Source: Escherichia coli (lineage in GTDB: Bacteria; Pseudomonadota; Gammaproteobacteria; Enterobacterales; Enterobacteriaceae). Taken from it: 64,000 nt of DNA. Shown here piece after piece: positions 10,800-21,096 of this stretch. Position 1 is the first letter of the stretch; every line of letters starts with the position of its first letter. The stretch is taken from NCBI RefSeq assembly GCF_003991155.1, contig NZ_CP031295.1; one strand, given 5' to 3'. Position numbers and translations under genes: made by a program. Below the pieces are notes generated by a model that was not told the origin of the DNA, made no database searches, and saw nothing but the letters and a program-made list of their open reading frames with translations.

Positions 10800-12320
10800 G
10801 CAGCCGTGCAGACCCTGCGTGAGATGAACGCCGACAACCTGCGCAAGGTGCCGGCCGATGCACCCACGGCCTTCATCAAGCCGCGCTGGAAGCCGCTGGT
10901 GATCACCCCGGAAGGCCTCGACCGGAAATTCTACGAAATCTGCGCCCTGTCCGAGCTGAAGAACGCCCTGCGCTCCGGCGACATCTGGGTCAAGGCTCGC
11001 GGCAGTTCCGCGACTTCGACGACTACCTGCTGCCGGCCGAGAAGTTCGCCGCACTCAAGCGCGAGCAGGCCTGCGGCGATCAACCCGAACAGCGACCAGT
11101 ACACGGAAGAGCGTTTGCAGCTGCTGGACGAGCAGTTGGCCACCGTCACCCGCGGCCAGGACGGCAAGCTGCCCGATGCCATCCTCACCGAGTCAGGGCT
11201 GAAAATCACCCCGCTGGATGCGTGCCGGATCGGCGCAGGCGCTGATCGACCAAACCAGCCAGGTTACTGCCGCGCATCAAGATCACCGAACTGCTGATGG
11301 ACGTGGACGACTGGACGGGCTTCAGCCGCCACTTCACCCACTTGAAGGACGGGCCGAGGCCAAAGACAGGACGTTGCTGCTGTCCGCAATCCTCGGTGAT
11401 GCGATCAGCCCGGGCTGACCAAGATGGCCGAGCCGAGCCCGGCCTGACTGCCAAGCTGTCGTCGCGGCAAGCACGGCACATCCGCGACGAAACCTATTCG
11501 GCGGCCTTGGCCGAGCTGGTCAACCACCAGTATCGCCACGCCTTTGCCGCCCACTGGGGCGACGGCGACCTCATCCTCCGATGGCCAGCGCTTCCGCGCG
11601 GGTGGCCGGGCGAGAGCACCGGCACGTCAACCCGAATACGGTAGCGAGCCGGGACGGCTGTTCTACCCATATCTCCGACCAGTACGCGCCGTTCAGCACC
11701 CGCGTGGTGAATGTCGGCGTCCGCGATTCCACCTATGTGCTCGACGGCCTGCTGTACCACGGTCCGACCTGCGGATCGAGGAGCACTACACCGACACGGC
11801 CGGCCCGCGATCACGTCTTTTGCCCTGATGCACCTGCTGGGCTTCCGCTTCGCGCCGCGCATCCGCGACCTCGGCGAAACCAAGCTGTACGTGCCGCAGG
11901 GCGTGCAAGCCTACCCGACGTTGCGCCCGCTGATCGGCGGCACCCTGAACATCAAGCACGTGCGTGCCCACTGGGACGACATCCTGCGCCTGGCCAGCTC
12001 GATCAAGCAGGGCACCGTCACCGCCTCGCTGATGCTGCGCAAGCTCGGCAGCTACCCGCCAGAACGGACTGGCCGTGGCCCTGCGCGAGCTGGGCGGATC
12101 GAGCACGCTGTTCATCTGGACTGGCTGCAAAGTGTTGAACTGCGCCGCCGCGTGCATGCCGGCCTGAACAAAGGTGAGGCGCGCAACTCGCTGGCGGGGG
12201 TGTTCTTCAACCGCCTTGGGGAAATCAGGGATCGGAGCTTCGAGCAGCAGCGCTACCGGGCCAGCGGCCTCAACCTGGTGACGGCGGCTATCGTGCTGTG
12301 GAACACGGTGTACCTGGAAC
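10800..12320 (+). pseudogene. tnpA: Tn1721 tnpA' partial duplicate (3'-truncated by IS26, multiple indels)
   Basis: Near-repeat of 5543-7043 with scattered single-base indels; runs into IS26 IR at 12321. Confidence 0.7.
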
Positions 12321-13140
12321 GGCACTGTTGCAAAGTTAGCGATGAGGCAGCCTTTTGTCTTATTCAAAGGCCTTACATTTCAAAAACTCTGCTTACCAGG
12401 CGCATTTCGCCCAGGGGATCACCATAATAAAATGCTGAGGCCTGGCCTTTTGCGTAGTGCACGCATCACCTCAATACCTTTGATGGTGGCGTAAGCCGTC
12501 TTCATGGATTTAAATCCCAGCGTGGCGCCGATTATCCGTTTCAGTTTGCCATGATCGCATTCAATCACGTTGTTCCGGTACTTAATCTGTCGGTGTTCAA
12601 CGTCAGACGGCACACGGCCTTCGCGTTTGAGCAGAGCAAGCGCGCGACCATAGGCGGGCGCTTTATCCGTGTTGATGAATCGCGGGATCTGCCACTTCTT
12701 CACGTTGTTGAGGATTTTACCCAGAAACCGGTATGCAGCTTTGCTGTTACGACGGGAGGAGAGATAAAATCGACAGTGCGGCCCCGGCTGTCGACGGCCC
12801 GGTACAGATACGCCCAGCGGCCATTGACCTTCACGTAGGTTTCATCCATGTGCCACGGGCAAAGATCGGAAGGGTTACGCCAGTACCAGCGCAGCCGTTT
12901 TTCCATTTCAGGCGCATAACGCTGAACCCAGCGGTAAATCGTGGAGTGATCGACATTCACTCCGCGTTCAGCCAGCATCTCCTGCAGCTCACGGTAACTG
13001 ATGCCGTATTTGCAGTACCAGCGTACGGCCCACAGAATGATGTCACGCTGAAAATGCCGGCCTTTGAATGGGTTCATGTGCAGCTCCATCAGCAAAAGGG
13101 GATGATAAGTTTATCACCACCGACTATTTGCAACAGTGCC
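12321..13140 (-). mobile_element. IS26 (copy 2; transposase frameshifted)
   Basis: 820 bp between IS26 IRs; homopolymer-length and base differences versus copy 1 break the tnp26 frame. Confidence 0.85.
12373..13077 (-). pseudogene. tnp26: IS26 tnp26 with frameshifts
   Basis: Split into ORFs 12700-13095 and 12419-12703. Confidence 0.8.
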
Positions 13141-13479
13141 CGCCCGCCTATGGTCGCGCGCTTGCTCTGCTCAAACGCGAAGGCCGGTGCCCGTCTGACG
13201 TTGAACACCGACAGATTAAGTACCGGAACAACGTGATTGAATGCGATCATGGCAAACTGAAACGGATAATCGGCGCCACGCTGGGATTTAAATCCATGAA
13301 GACGGCTTACGCCACCATCAAAGGTATTGAGGTGATGCGTGCACTACGCAAAGGCCAGGCCTCAGCATTTTATTATGGTGATCCCCTGGGCGAAATGCGC
13401 CTGGTAAGCAGAGTTTTTGAAATGTAAGGCCTTTGAATAAGACAAAAGGCTGCCTCATCGCTAACTTTGCAACAGTGCC
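13141..13479 (+). mobile_element. IS26, 3' partial copy (left arm of Tn4352-like unit, interrupted by IS26 copy 2)
   Basis: Begins inside tnp26 (CGCCCGCCTATGGTCGCGCG) directly abutting copy 2 IR; ends with IS26 IR at 13479. Confidence 0.8.
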
Positions 13480-13616
13480 AATTTATGAGTAAAGGATTAT
13501 GTCCACGATAAGCACCTGGGTCGATTCCTGGGAGGCGGCCATGAGGGTAGGGAAGCGCCGTCCCGTCAAGTCAGCGTAATGCTCTGCCAGTGTTACAACC
13601 AATTAACCAATTCTGA

Positions 13617-14432
13617 TTAGAAAAACTCATCGAGCATCAAATGAAACTGCAATTTATTCATATCAGGATTATCAATACCATATTTTTGAAAAAGCCGTTT
13701 CTGTAATGAAGGAGAAAACTCACCGAGGCAGTTCCATAGGATGGCAAGATCCTGGTATCGGTCTGCGATTCCGACTCGTCCAACATCAATACAACCTATT
13801 AATTTCCCCTCGTCAAAAATAAGGTTATCAAGTGAGAAATCACCATGAGTGACGACTGAATCCGGTGAGAATGGCAAAAGCTTATGCATTTCTTTCCAGA
13901 CTTGTTCAACAGGCCAGCCATTACGCTCGTCATCAAAATCACTCGCATCAACCAAACCGTTATTCATTCGTGATTGCGCCTGAGCGAGACGAAATACGCG
14001 ATCGCTGTTAAAAGGACAATTACAAACAGGAATCGAATGCAACCGGCGCAGGAACACTGCCAGCGCATCAACAATATTTTCACCTGAATCAGGATATTCT
14101 TCTAATACCTGGAATGCTGTTTTCCCGGGGATCGCAGTGGTGAGTAACCATGCATCATCAGGAGTACGGATAAAATGCTTGATGGTCGGAAGAGGCATAA
14201 ATTCCGTCAGCCAGTTTAGTCTGACCATCTCATCTGTAACATCATTGGCAACGCTACCTTTGCCATGTTTCAGAAACAACTCTGGCGCATCGGGCTTCCC
14301 ATACAATCGATAGATTGTCGCACCTGATTGCCCGACATTATCGCGAGCCCATTTATACCCATATAAATCAGCATCCATGTTGGAATTTAATCGCGGCCTC
14401 GAGCAAGACGTTTCCCGTTGAATATGGCTCAT
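13617..14432 (-). CDS. aph(3')-Ia: Aminoglycoside 3'-phosphotransferase APH(3')-Ia
   Basis: 271 aa MSHIQRETSCSRPRLNSNMDADLYGYKWARDNVGQSGATIYRLYGK... = Tn903 aphA1. Confidence 0.95.
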   Translation of the reverse strand: MSHIQRETSCSRPRLNSNMDADLYGYKWARDNVGQSGATIYRLYGKPDAPELFLKHGKGSVANDVTDEMVRLNWLTEFMPLPTIKHFIRTPDDAWLLTTAIPGKTAFQVLEEYPDSGENIVDALAVFLRRLHSIPVCNCPFNSDRVFRLAQAQSRMNNGLVDASDFDDERNGWPVEQVWKEMHKLLPFSPDSVVTHGDFSLDNLIFDEGKLIGCIDVGRVGIADRYQDLAILWNCLGEFSPSLQKRLFQKYGIDNPDMNKLQFHLMLDEFF

Positions 14433-14519
14433 AACACCCCTTGTATTACTGTTTATGTAAGCAGACAGTTTTATTGTTCATGATGATATATTTTTATCTT
14501 GTGCAATGTAACATCAGAG

Positions 14520-15339
14520 GGCACTGTTGCAAATAGTCGGTGGTGATAAACTTATCATCCCCTTTTGCTGATGGAGCTGCACATGAACCCATTCAAAGGC
14601 CGGCATTTTCAGCGTGACATCATTCTGTGGGCCGTACGCTGGTACTGCAAATACGGCATCAGTTACCGTGAGCTGCAGGAGATGCTGGCTGAACGCGGAG
14701 TGAATGTCGATCACTCCACGATTTACCGCTGGGTTCAGCGTTATGCGCCTGAAATGGAAAAACGGCTGCGCTGGTACTGGCGTAACCCTTCCGATCTTTG
14801 CCCGTGGCACATGGATGAAACCTACGTGAAGGTCAATGGCCGCTGGGCGTATCTGTACCGGGCCGTCGACAGCCGGGGCCGCACTGTCGATTTTTATATC
14901 TCCTCCCGTCGTAACAGCAAAGCTGCATACCGGTTTCTGGGTAAAATCCTCAACAACGTGAAGAAGTGGCAGATCCCGCGATTCATCAACACGGATAAAG
15001 CGCCCGCCTATGGTCGCGCGCTTGCTCTGCTCAAACGCGAAGGCCGGTGCCCGTCTGACGTTGAACACCGACAGATTAAGTACCGGAACAACGTGATTGA
15101 ATGCGATCATGGCAAACTGAAACGGATAATCGGCGCCACGCTGGGATTTAAATCCATGAAGACGGCTTACGCCACCATCAAAGGTATTGAGGTGATGCGT
15201 GCACTACGCAAAGGCCAGGCCTCAGCATTTTATTATGGTGATCCCCTGGGCGAAATGCGCCTGGTAAGCAGAGTTTTTGAAATGTAAGGCCTTTGAATAA
15301 GACAAAAGGCTGCCTCATCGCTAACTTTGCAACAGTGCC
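14520..15339 (+). mobile_element. IS26 (copy 3, 820 bp)
   Basis: IS26 IRs at both ends; intact tnp26. Confidence 0.95.
14583..15287 (+). CDS. tnp26: IS26 transposase Tnp26
   Basis: 234 aa; one substitution versus copy 1 (DFYISS vs DFYLSS). Confidence 0.95.
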   Translation: MNPFKGRHFQRDIILWAVRWYCKYGISYRELQEMLAERGVNVDHSTIYRWVQRYAPEMEKRLRWYWRNPSDLCPWHMDETYVKVNGRWAYLYRAVDSRGRTVDFYISSRRNSKAAYRFLGKILNNVKKWQIPRFINTDKAPAYGRALALLKREGRCPSDVEHRQIKYRNNVIECDHGKLKRIIGATLGFKSMKTAYATIKGIEVMRALRKGQASAFYYGDPLGEMRLVSRVFEM

Positions 15340-15660
15340 ACGAACAGCACCTTCAGATAATGGTATCCAGTCAATTTGTGCCTTCATAATACCAGTCATC
15401 GCTCCATGTCGTTCCGGAGAGCACCACACCATTCCTTCAGACCAGCGAACCAGTTCACGCAACTCCATAACTTTTGGATGTGATTCCGGTGCATCATCAG
15501 GAAGTGGAAGGCCAGATGGATTAAAAATGCGGACGTCTGCGCCCATTGCAGTTAACAAACGGCCTGCTTCCTCTGTCGCCAGTCGACTGTATGAGCGCTC
15601 ACGAACTGAGCCATAAAGCATTAGAATACGAGGTGGGTGAGATATTGCCGGTATCCCCAT
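15340..15660 (-). pseudogene. arsH: arsH (NADPH-dependent FMN reductase), 3'-truncated by IS26
   Basis: N-terminal approx 107 aa [27 protein letters not shown]... ArsH-like; reading frame runs into IS26. Confidence 0.6.
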
Positions 15661-15820
15661 TTTTTGCTCAGTTATTGCAGTATCAGATAAATCAGGAACT
15701 ATATTATTTAACCTATTAATTTTTATGATTTTCTCTATATATTCTTGGCTTAATTAGGTGTGCTTCGCACGGGTAGATACAGCATTCGTCAATCATGACA
15801 GTTATGAGTTTTCCGGTTAC

Positions 15821-16144
15821 TTACCCATTTTTGCCAGCGGGTTCCGCAACATCTGTTTTACTGTTTACACAGCACTCTTCACGTAAGAATTCGATGATAG
15901 CTTCCAGTATTTCATATTGAGAGACGCACATGAGCGTTCGACTCTCCCGGTTTTGTGTGACGAGTCCTACTGATACCAGGGCTGAAATATGATGACTTAA
16001 CGTTGATGAAGGAATGCCAAGCTGCTTTTGCAATTCACCTACAGGTAAACCTTGTTCTCCAGCTTTTACAAGATGTTTGAATATGAACAAACGGGTCGGG
16101 TGACCCAGTTCTTTTAGAGCTTTAGCTACTTCTTCCAGTTGCAT
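15821..16144 (-). CDS. arsR: ArsR/SmtB family metalloregulatory transcriptional repressor
   Basis: 107 aa with wHTH (LAKELGHPTRLFIFKHL...ISALVSVGLV) and C-terminal Cys pair. Confidence 0.7.
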   Translation of the reverse strand: MQLEEVAKALKELGHPTRLFIFKHLVKAGEQGLPVGELQKQLGIPSSTLSHHISALVSVGLVTQNRESRTLMCVSQYEILEAIIEFLREECCVNSKTDVAEPAGKNG

Positions 16145-16248
16145 GTGACAACCCTCTGCCTGATGATATTTCGATAATACCAGAAATATCTTGACTATAA
16201 TTATATTTCGATTATTCTAGAATAATAGATTCTGTCAAGAGGTTTAGT

Positions 16249-17328
16249 ATGAATAGTTGGATTCCTATGTTGCAAGATGCCGCAGAGATGTTTGTTTTTC
16301 TGGCTGTTGAGCTTTCATTGCTGTTTATTGTCATTAGTGCCGGTGTGAGCCTGATAAGGCAAAAAGTCCCGGATCATAAAATTCAGCAGATGATGGGGGC
16401 GAGAAAAGGTAAGGGGTATCTGTTGGCCTCGTTGCTGGGAGCCGTTACCCCTTTCTGTAGTTGCTCAACAATTCCAATGTTGCGAGGATTGTTGTCTGCG
16501 AAAGCGGGGTTTGGTCCGACACTCACTTTTTTGTTTGTTTCACCGTTGCTTAATCCCATTATCGTGGGACTAATGTGGGTTACCTTTGGCTGGAAAGTAA
16601 CTTTGCTGTATGCGATCATCGCTGCCGGTGTTTCAGTTCTTTCCAGTATTATACTGGATTATTTAGGGTTTGAACGTCATATTGTTGAATACAAAAATTC
16701 AGTATCAGGTAGTTGCGCCACCAAGTGCGGTGATTCTGAAGCTTCGGTAAAAACGAATTGCTGTACTTCATCAGCAAAAACCATAATTAACTTAAAGACA
16801 GTAAAGAAAGAGCAAAATATATCGGCGTGTTGTCCCTCAATTCTATCAGAAAAATCTTCTGAAAGTTGTTGCAGCAGCGAGAGTCAGGGCAACAGAAATC
16901 TCACAATGAATGCCACCTCTGGTCTAATAAAATTAGCAATGAAAGATGCCTTACAACAGTTTAAGGATGTTCTGCCTTATCTTTTGTTAGCTATATTAAT
17001 AGGTTCATTTATTTATGGTTTTATCCCTTCAGAGTGGATTGCAGCTCATGCCGGTGCAGATAATCCATTAGCCATACCGCTCAGTGCTGTTGTTGGTATT
17101 CCGCTGTATATTCGTGCTGAGGCCGTAATACCACTTGCATCAGTTCTGATGACTAAAGGTATGGGCCTCGGAGCTTTAATGGCCTTGATAATCGGTAGTG
17201 CTGGAGCGAGTCTGACAGAAGTAATATTGCTTAAATCAATGTTCAGAATGCCCATGATAATCGCATTTCTGACGGTTATCTTAGGTATGGCAATCCTTAT
17301 GGGATATTTAACGCAATTTTTGTTTTAA
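16249..17328 (+). CDS. arsP: ArsP-like organoarsenical efflux permease
   Basis: Multi-TM permease with the ArsP signature TPFCSCSTIP and a Cys-rich loop (CC, ACCP, SCCSS). Confidence 0.65.
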   Translation: MNSWIPMLQDAAEMFVFLAVELSLLFIVISAGVSLIRQKVPDHKIQQMMGARKGKGYLLASLLGAVTPFCSCSTIPMLRGLLSAKAGFGPTLTFLFVSPLLNPIIVGLMWVTFGWKVTLLYAIIAAGVSVLSSIILDYLGFERHIVEYKNSVSGSCATKCGDSEASVKTNCCTSSAKTIINLKTVKKEQNISACCPSILSEKSSESCCSSESQGNRNLTMNATSGLIKLAMKDALQQFKDVLPYLLLAILIGSFIYGFIPSEWIAAHAGADNPLAIPLSAVVGIPLYIRAEAVIPLASVLMTKGMGLGALMALIIGSAGASLTEVILLKSMFRMPMIIAFLTVILGMAILMGYLTQFLF

Positions 17329-17620
17329 TCCTTATGAGAAGGGATTTTTGCGTCAATATGAAAATCCCTTCAGTCTTACGGCGCGGTTCTAACGGTGTAG
17401 CCCTTTTATTGTTATCCCTAAACCACCTCCTAGGGAGGTGGTGATTGATCCTGTAAGGCTATAGCCTGAAGAATGCCCATGTCGGAATATCTCTGCTTAC
17501 TGACCACAAGTAAAAGCAACTGTTCTACCAGCAGCCTGCAAAAAACATATAAGCTGATCTGAAAGGAATACTTCACAATGAATATTATTGTGTTTGTAAC
17601 CTGCTGTTATCGCGATGAAA

Positions 17621-18238
17621 TTACCGTTCAGTTTTTTCGGTTGACGCGGACTGTTCCTGCATGGTTTTCATCTTTAGCTTCTGTTGTTCCCTTACTGCCA
17701 GCCAGCGTCTGGCATTCAGCGCATCGCATTCTGATACCTGACCTGCTGGTAGTCCATCCAGTCCATAACGAGGGATACCTGCGACAGCAGTACGCTGCAG
17801 ATATACCTGTCGGGTGGTGATGCAGGATATTGCACAGGACCATTCATCCAGTGTCAGTTCTGTCTCAGGGTGTTCTGTCAGGAATGCGGCAAAATCATTG
17901 GTTATGCCAATTTTCAGTGGAAGAAATCCTCCGCCTTCTGCGCGAAGATGGGGAAACAGAGACTTCACTTTTTCCACGCAATCGTGAGTAAATTCATGAG
18001 TCCAATGAGGCTGGCGTGGAAAACGGCGTCTTTTCTTTTTTTTCTTACAGGCAGGAGCATCAGGGGTATGAGTATCGACGGCAGGCGAACTGATCCCCTC
18101 AGAGACTGATTCTTCCATCTTTTCTGTCTCTGAACGTGCGATAACACCTGTTTTTTCAGATAAGGAAGGGGGTAAAAGAGTGCGACGTTTTTTCACCATA
18201 ATGATGGGTGTTTTCTTTTCTTCCTGATATTTCCCCAT
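17621..18238 (-). CDS. ProQ/FinO-domain RNA-binding protein
   Basis: Lys/Arg-rich tract (KKKKKRRR) followed by FLPLKIGITNDFAAFL...RYGLDG, resembling ProQ/FinO domain. Confidence 0.45.
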   Translation of the reverse strand: MGKYQEEKKTPIIMVKKRRTLLPPSLSEKTGVIARSETEKMEESVSEGISSPAVDTHTPDAPACKKKKKRRRFPRQPHWTHEFTHDCVEKVKSLFPHLRAEGGGFLPLKIGITNDFAAFLTEHPETELTLDEWSCAISCITTRQVYLQRTAVAGIPRYGLDGLPAGQVSECDALNARRWLAVREQQKLKMKTMQEQSASTEKTER

Positions 18239-18525
18239 AAAAACCTCTACGATGTGTTCTTATATAATAATATATATCATATTTTCACGATTAACATAAT
18301 ATCTTCGTTAAGAAAACAACAGAGCAAAATTTGTTTTTTTTTGACAGGCATGAAATGAGCCAGCATAATTATATTAATTATTATCCCAAATGAGTTTTTG
18401 TATTTGCTCATTCGGGATGGTTGGATATTTTAAGTTATATCTACTGTATCATTCTCAGGTAATCGTTCCATTAAATCAGAAACTACGGGCTGTAACCAGT
18501 CAGTGACTTCACTCACATACTGATG

Positions 18526-19992
18526 TCATTCGGGATGCCTGGAGGCCAGATCCATCACTCGTGTTAACCCGGACGGACGATCAATGCCCAATTTAGTTAA
18601 AATATTCGAGATATAATTATGAGCATCAAGTTCAACTCTGATATCCCTTGCTGCTTCGATTATTTCTAAATATTCGCCACCCAATCCGTCCAGTGGGACA
18701 TTTGTAATAAGATAATGAATGTATTGTTCAGGCTTAACCCCATTTGGGAGATTAAATTGTTTTACTTTTCCTTCCGCTGCCGCTTTTAACTCATAAGTTC
18801 GTGATTCTGTGCCGGTGAAAACTTTATCACGAGCAGTTTTCTTTTCATTTTCTGTGGAATATTTATCGCCATCAAGAATATAAAGTTTACCAGATAGATT
18901 GTCACCACGAATAAGGGTACTGGCAAGTAGAGTGAATGCGTTTGAAGCTGCGCCAAATTTAAATATTTTTACATATTTGCTGGCCTTAAGTGAAGAACAT
19001 ATTTTATTTATTATGGCAACAGCTAAGTCATCTTCTACATATATTTCAATAGGCGTCGTTGATTCACCTGTTAATCTGTTTATAGCATCAGGTTTTGTTT
19101 CTTCAAATGAATAACTACGGCCTTGAATGTTTACGACGTGTCTTATATTTATCTTGTCTGATAAAGTGGTTATCATTTCTCTATGGGTAGTAAAGATGAT
19201 TTGTTTGTTTTTATCTTTGGCATGAGATGATATGACTTCTATTAACTTTTTCAATGCTTCGTCATGCAACAATAAATCTAATTCATCAATTAATATTAAG
19301 GCGTTCTTGTCCGCTTTCAATATTGTTTCCAGAATTAAAAATATCTTTTGCTCTCCTGCGCTCATACTCAATGATGAGTAGGCCAGTCCCCCTGACTCAA
19401 CTCCAATCAATATTTTTCCATTGGGTTGTTGATGCTGATTGAAACTTGTGTATGGTTTATTAAGTATATAGGAGGCGTAATGAAGAATGTTTGTTATTAA
19501 ATCATTACTGACACTGCTGGTTTCATACTGAATATTATTCTTTTTTTCTGATTCTATTATAGGAACACATTTATCAATGCCAAGATAGTAAACTTCTCTT
19601 AAAGGACGACGAGCATAAATCTGAATCCATCGTGAGCCTCGAATATCTGCTTTTCCATAATTTTTCAATTCATTTTCAATCATTACCCCATCTTTACGAT
19701 AAGTTAAATTTACAATGAAGTCACTGCCGTTCCATTCAGCATGTGGGCTGCGTGGAAAAAAATGCATTAACCGATGGTCTTCACCGGGGAAACCTTCTTC
19801 AGGCATGTATATGCTTGCTATAGCATGGAGTATTGTTGATTTTCCGCTTCCATTTGGACCTAAAATTGCGGTTAACGCATGAGGTTTAAAAATAATCTCG
19901 TTTAATCCATTTATACATTTTAGTTTGTTAATTTTAATGGAGTTCAAGACTTGACCAGTAATGGTTTTTTTATTTTTTTCTGCCATTTTCAA
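18526..19992 (-). CDS. OLD-family ABC ATPase-TOPRIM nuclease (defence-associated), apparently solo
   Basis: Walker A GPNGSGKST, signature/Walker B LSMSAGEQK...ILIDELDLLLHDE, H-loop FTTH; C-terminal TOPRIM-like IEIYVEDD and YILDGDKY; AT-rich. Confidence 0.55.
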   Translation of the reverse strand: MKMAEKNKKTITGQVLNSIKINKLKCINGLNEIIFKPHALTAILGPNGSGKSTILHAIASIYMPEEGFPGEDHRLMHFFPRSPHAEWNGSDFIVNLTYRKDGVMIENELKNYGKADIRGSRWIQIYARRPLREVYYLGIDKCVPIIESEKKNNIQYETSSVSNDLITNILHYASYILNKPYTSFNQHQQPNGKILIGVESGGLAYSSLSMSAGEQKIFLILETILKADKNALILIDELDLLLHDEALKKLIEVISSHAKDKNKQIIFTTHREMITTLSDKINIRHVVNIQGRSYSFEETKPDAINRLTGESTTPIEIYVEDDLAVAIINKICSSLKASKYVKIFKFGAASNAFTLLASTLIRGDNLSGKLYILDGDKYSTENEKKTARDKVFTGTESRTYELKAAAEGKVKQFNLPNGVKPEQYIHYLITNVPLDGLGGEYLEIIEAARDIRVELDAHNYISNILTKLGIDRPSGLTRVMDLASRHPE

Positions 19993-20248
19993 ATCCTAGC
20001 ATTATGTTGGGGGGATTCACCATGTAATTCAGAAACATATAACTGTGAACAGGGGATATATCAAATCCTTTTAATATTCTATTTGGCACAGTATTCTACA
20101 TCAGGCCTCTTTTATGCTACAGACTTTTTGAGATGTCTGTAATTTTAGACTTAATGTTATGACTGATCATATCTCCTATCCACTGGTGGCGCAGGAAAGT
20201 TAACCAGCTGCCACCATGGGATGATGTGTAAACCGTGCTGGTATGTTT

Positions 20249-20839
20249 TTACGGGGTGACGCTTTCATTAACCTGTACACGAACCTCCATTCCGGCATCG
20301 TGACAGGCCTGCAGCCACTGCGCCACTTCCAGCGGATCGCCCTCCAGGCGTACCACCCTGCCTTCTTTATTCCATAACTGCAGACAGGTGCTGCCGTCGA
20401 GACGTACCACAAAATCCCCACGGCAGGCCTGATACGTTATGCCGTTCAGCTGCACCGCCAGATCAGTGGCAGAAGTGCCGTCTGCGGGCAGACCTGCTGC
20501 CGGGACCAGCGGCAGTACGACGACTTCTGCCGCACGCTGTTCTGCCCGGAGGCGGTCCTGTTCTGCCAGCAGCAGAGGCTGTGCCACGGCCCGGCCGGCG
20601 TCCGTCAGCTCGACAGCCAGCTGCAGATTCGGGGCGCGCAGGGTACGCAGCCAGCCGGCATCCTCCAGACGACGGCAGGAGGCGCGCAGGTTTGGCCCGT
20701 AGACCGGGGCTTCCCCGCTTCGCTCCAGCACCCGTTCCAGGTCCCGCGTCAGCACGGGGCCCGGCCGTTTTTCATCAAGCGCAGCCAGCACAATCAGCAC
20801 TCTCCGCTGCAGTGGCGACGGTCGGCGGCTCTGGGTCAT
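20249..20839 (-). CDS. hypothetical protein, GC-rich, possible winged-helix N-terminus
   Basis: 196-aa ORF, GC-rich codon usage distinct from neighbours; translationally coupled to upstream 85-aa ORF. Confidence 0.4.
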   Translation of the reverse strand: MTQSRRPSPLQRRVLIVLAALDEKRPGPVLTRDLERVLERSGEAPVYGPNLRASCRRLEDAGWLRTLRAPNLQLAVELTDAGRAVAQPLLLAEQDRLRAEQRAAEVVVLPLVPAAGLPADGTSATDLAVQLNGITYQACRGDFVVRLDGSTCLQLWNKEGRVVRLEGDPLEVAQWLQACHDAGMEVRVQVNESVTP

Positions 20840-21096
20840 TACCTGTCATCCTCCGGCCAGATGAGGTTTCTGAGGCGCTGAAAGTCGGCGTCAATGAGCT
20901 CCTGTCTCTTTATGGCATTCATTGAGGCATAGCCATTTATGGCCAGTTCATGCCAGAAGATCAGCACGGCTCCGGCTTTGGCTGACTCGCAGAGATAAAT
21001 CGCGCCCTGGCTGTCCAGATTGCATTCCCGGATGCGTTTTTCCGCAAACCGGGTCAGTTGTTCATAGCTGAGTGAAAACACCCTTTCTTCATCCAT
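20839..21096 (-). CDS. hypothetical small protein (85 aa)
   Basis: ORF whose stop overlaps start of 20249-20839 gene. Confidence 0.35.
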   Translation of the reverse strand: MDEERVFSLSYEQLTRFAEKRIRECNLDSQGAIYLCESAKAGAVLIFWHELAINGYASMNAIKRQELIDADFQRLRNLIWPEDDR

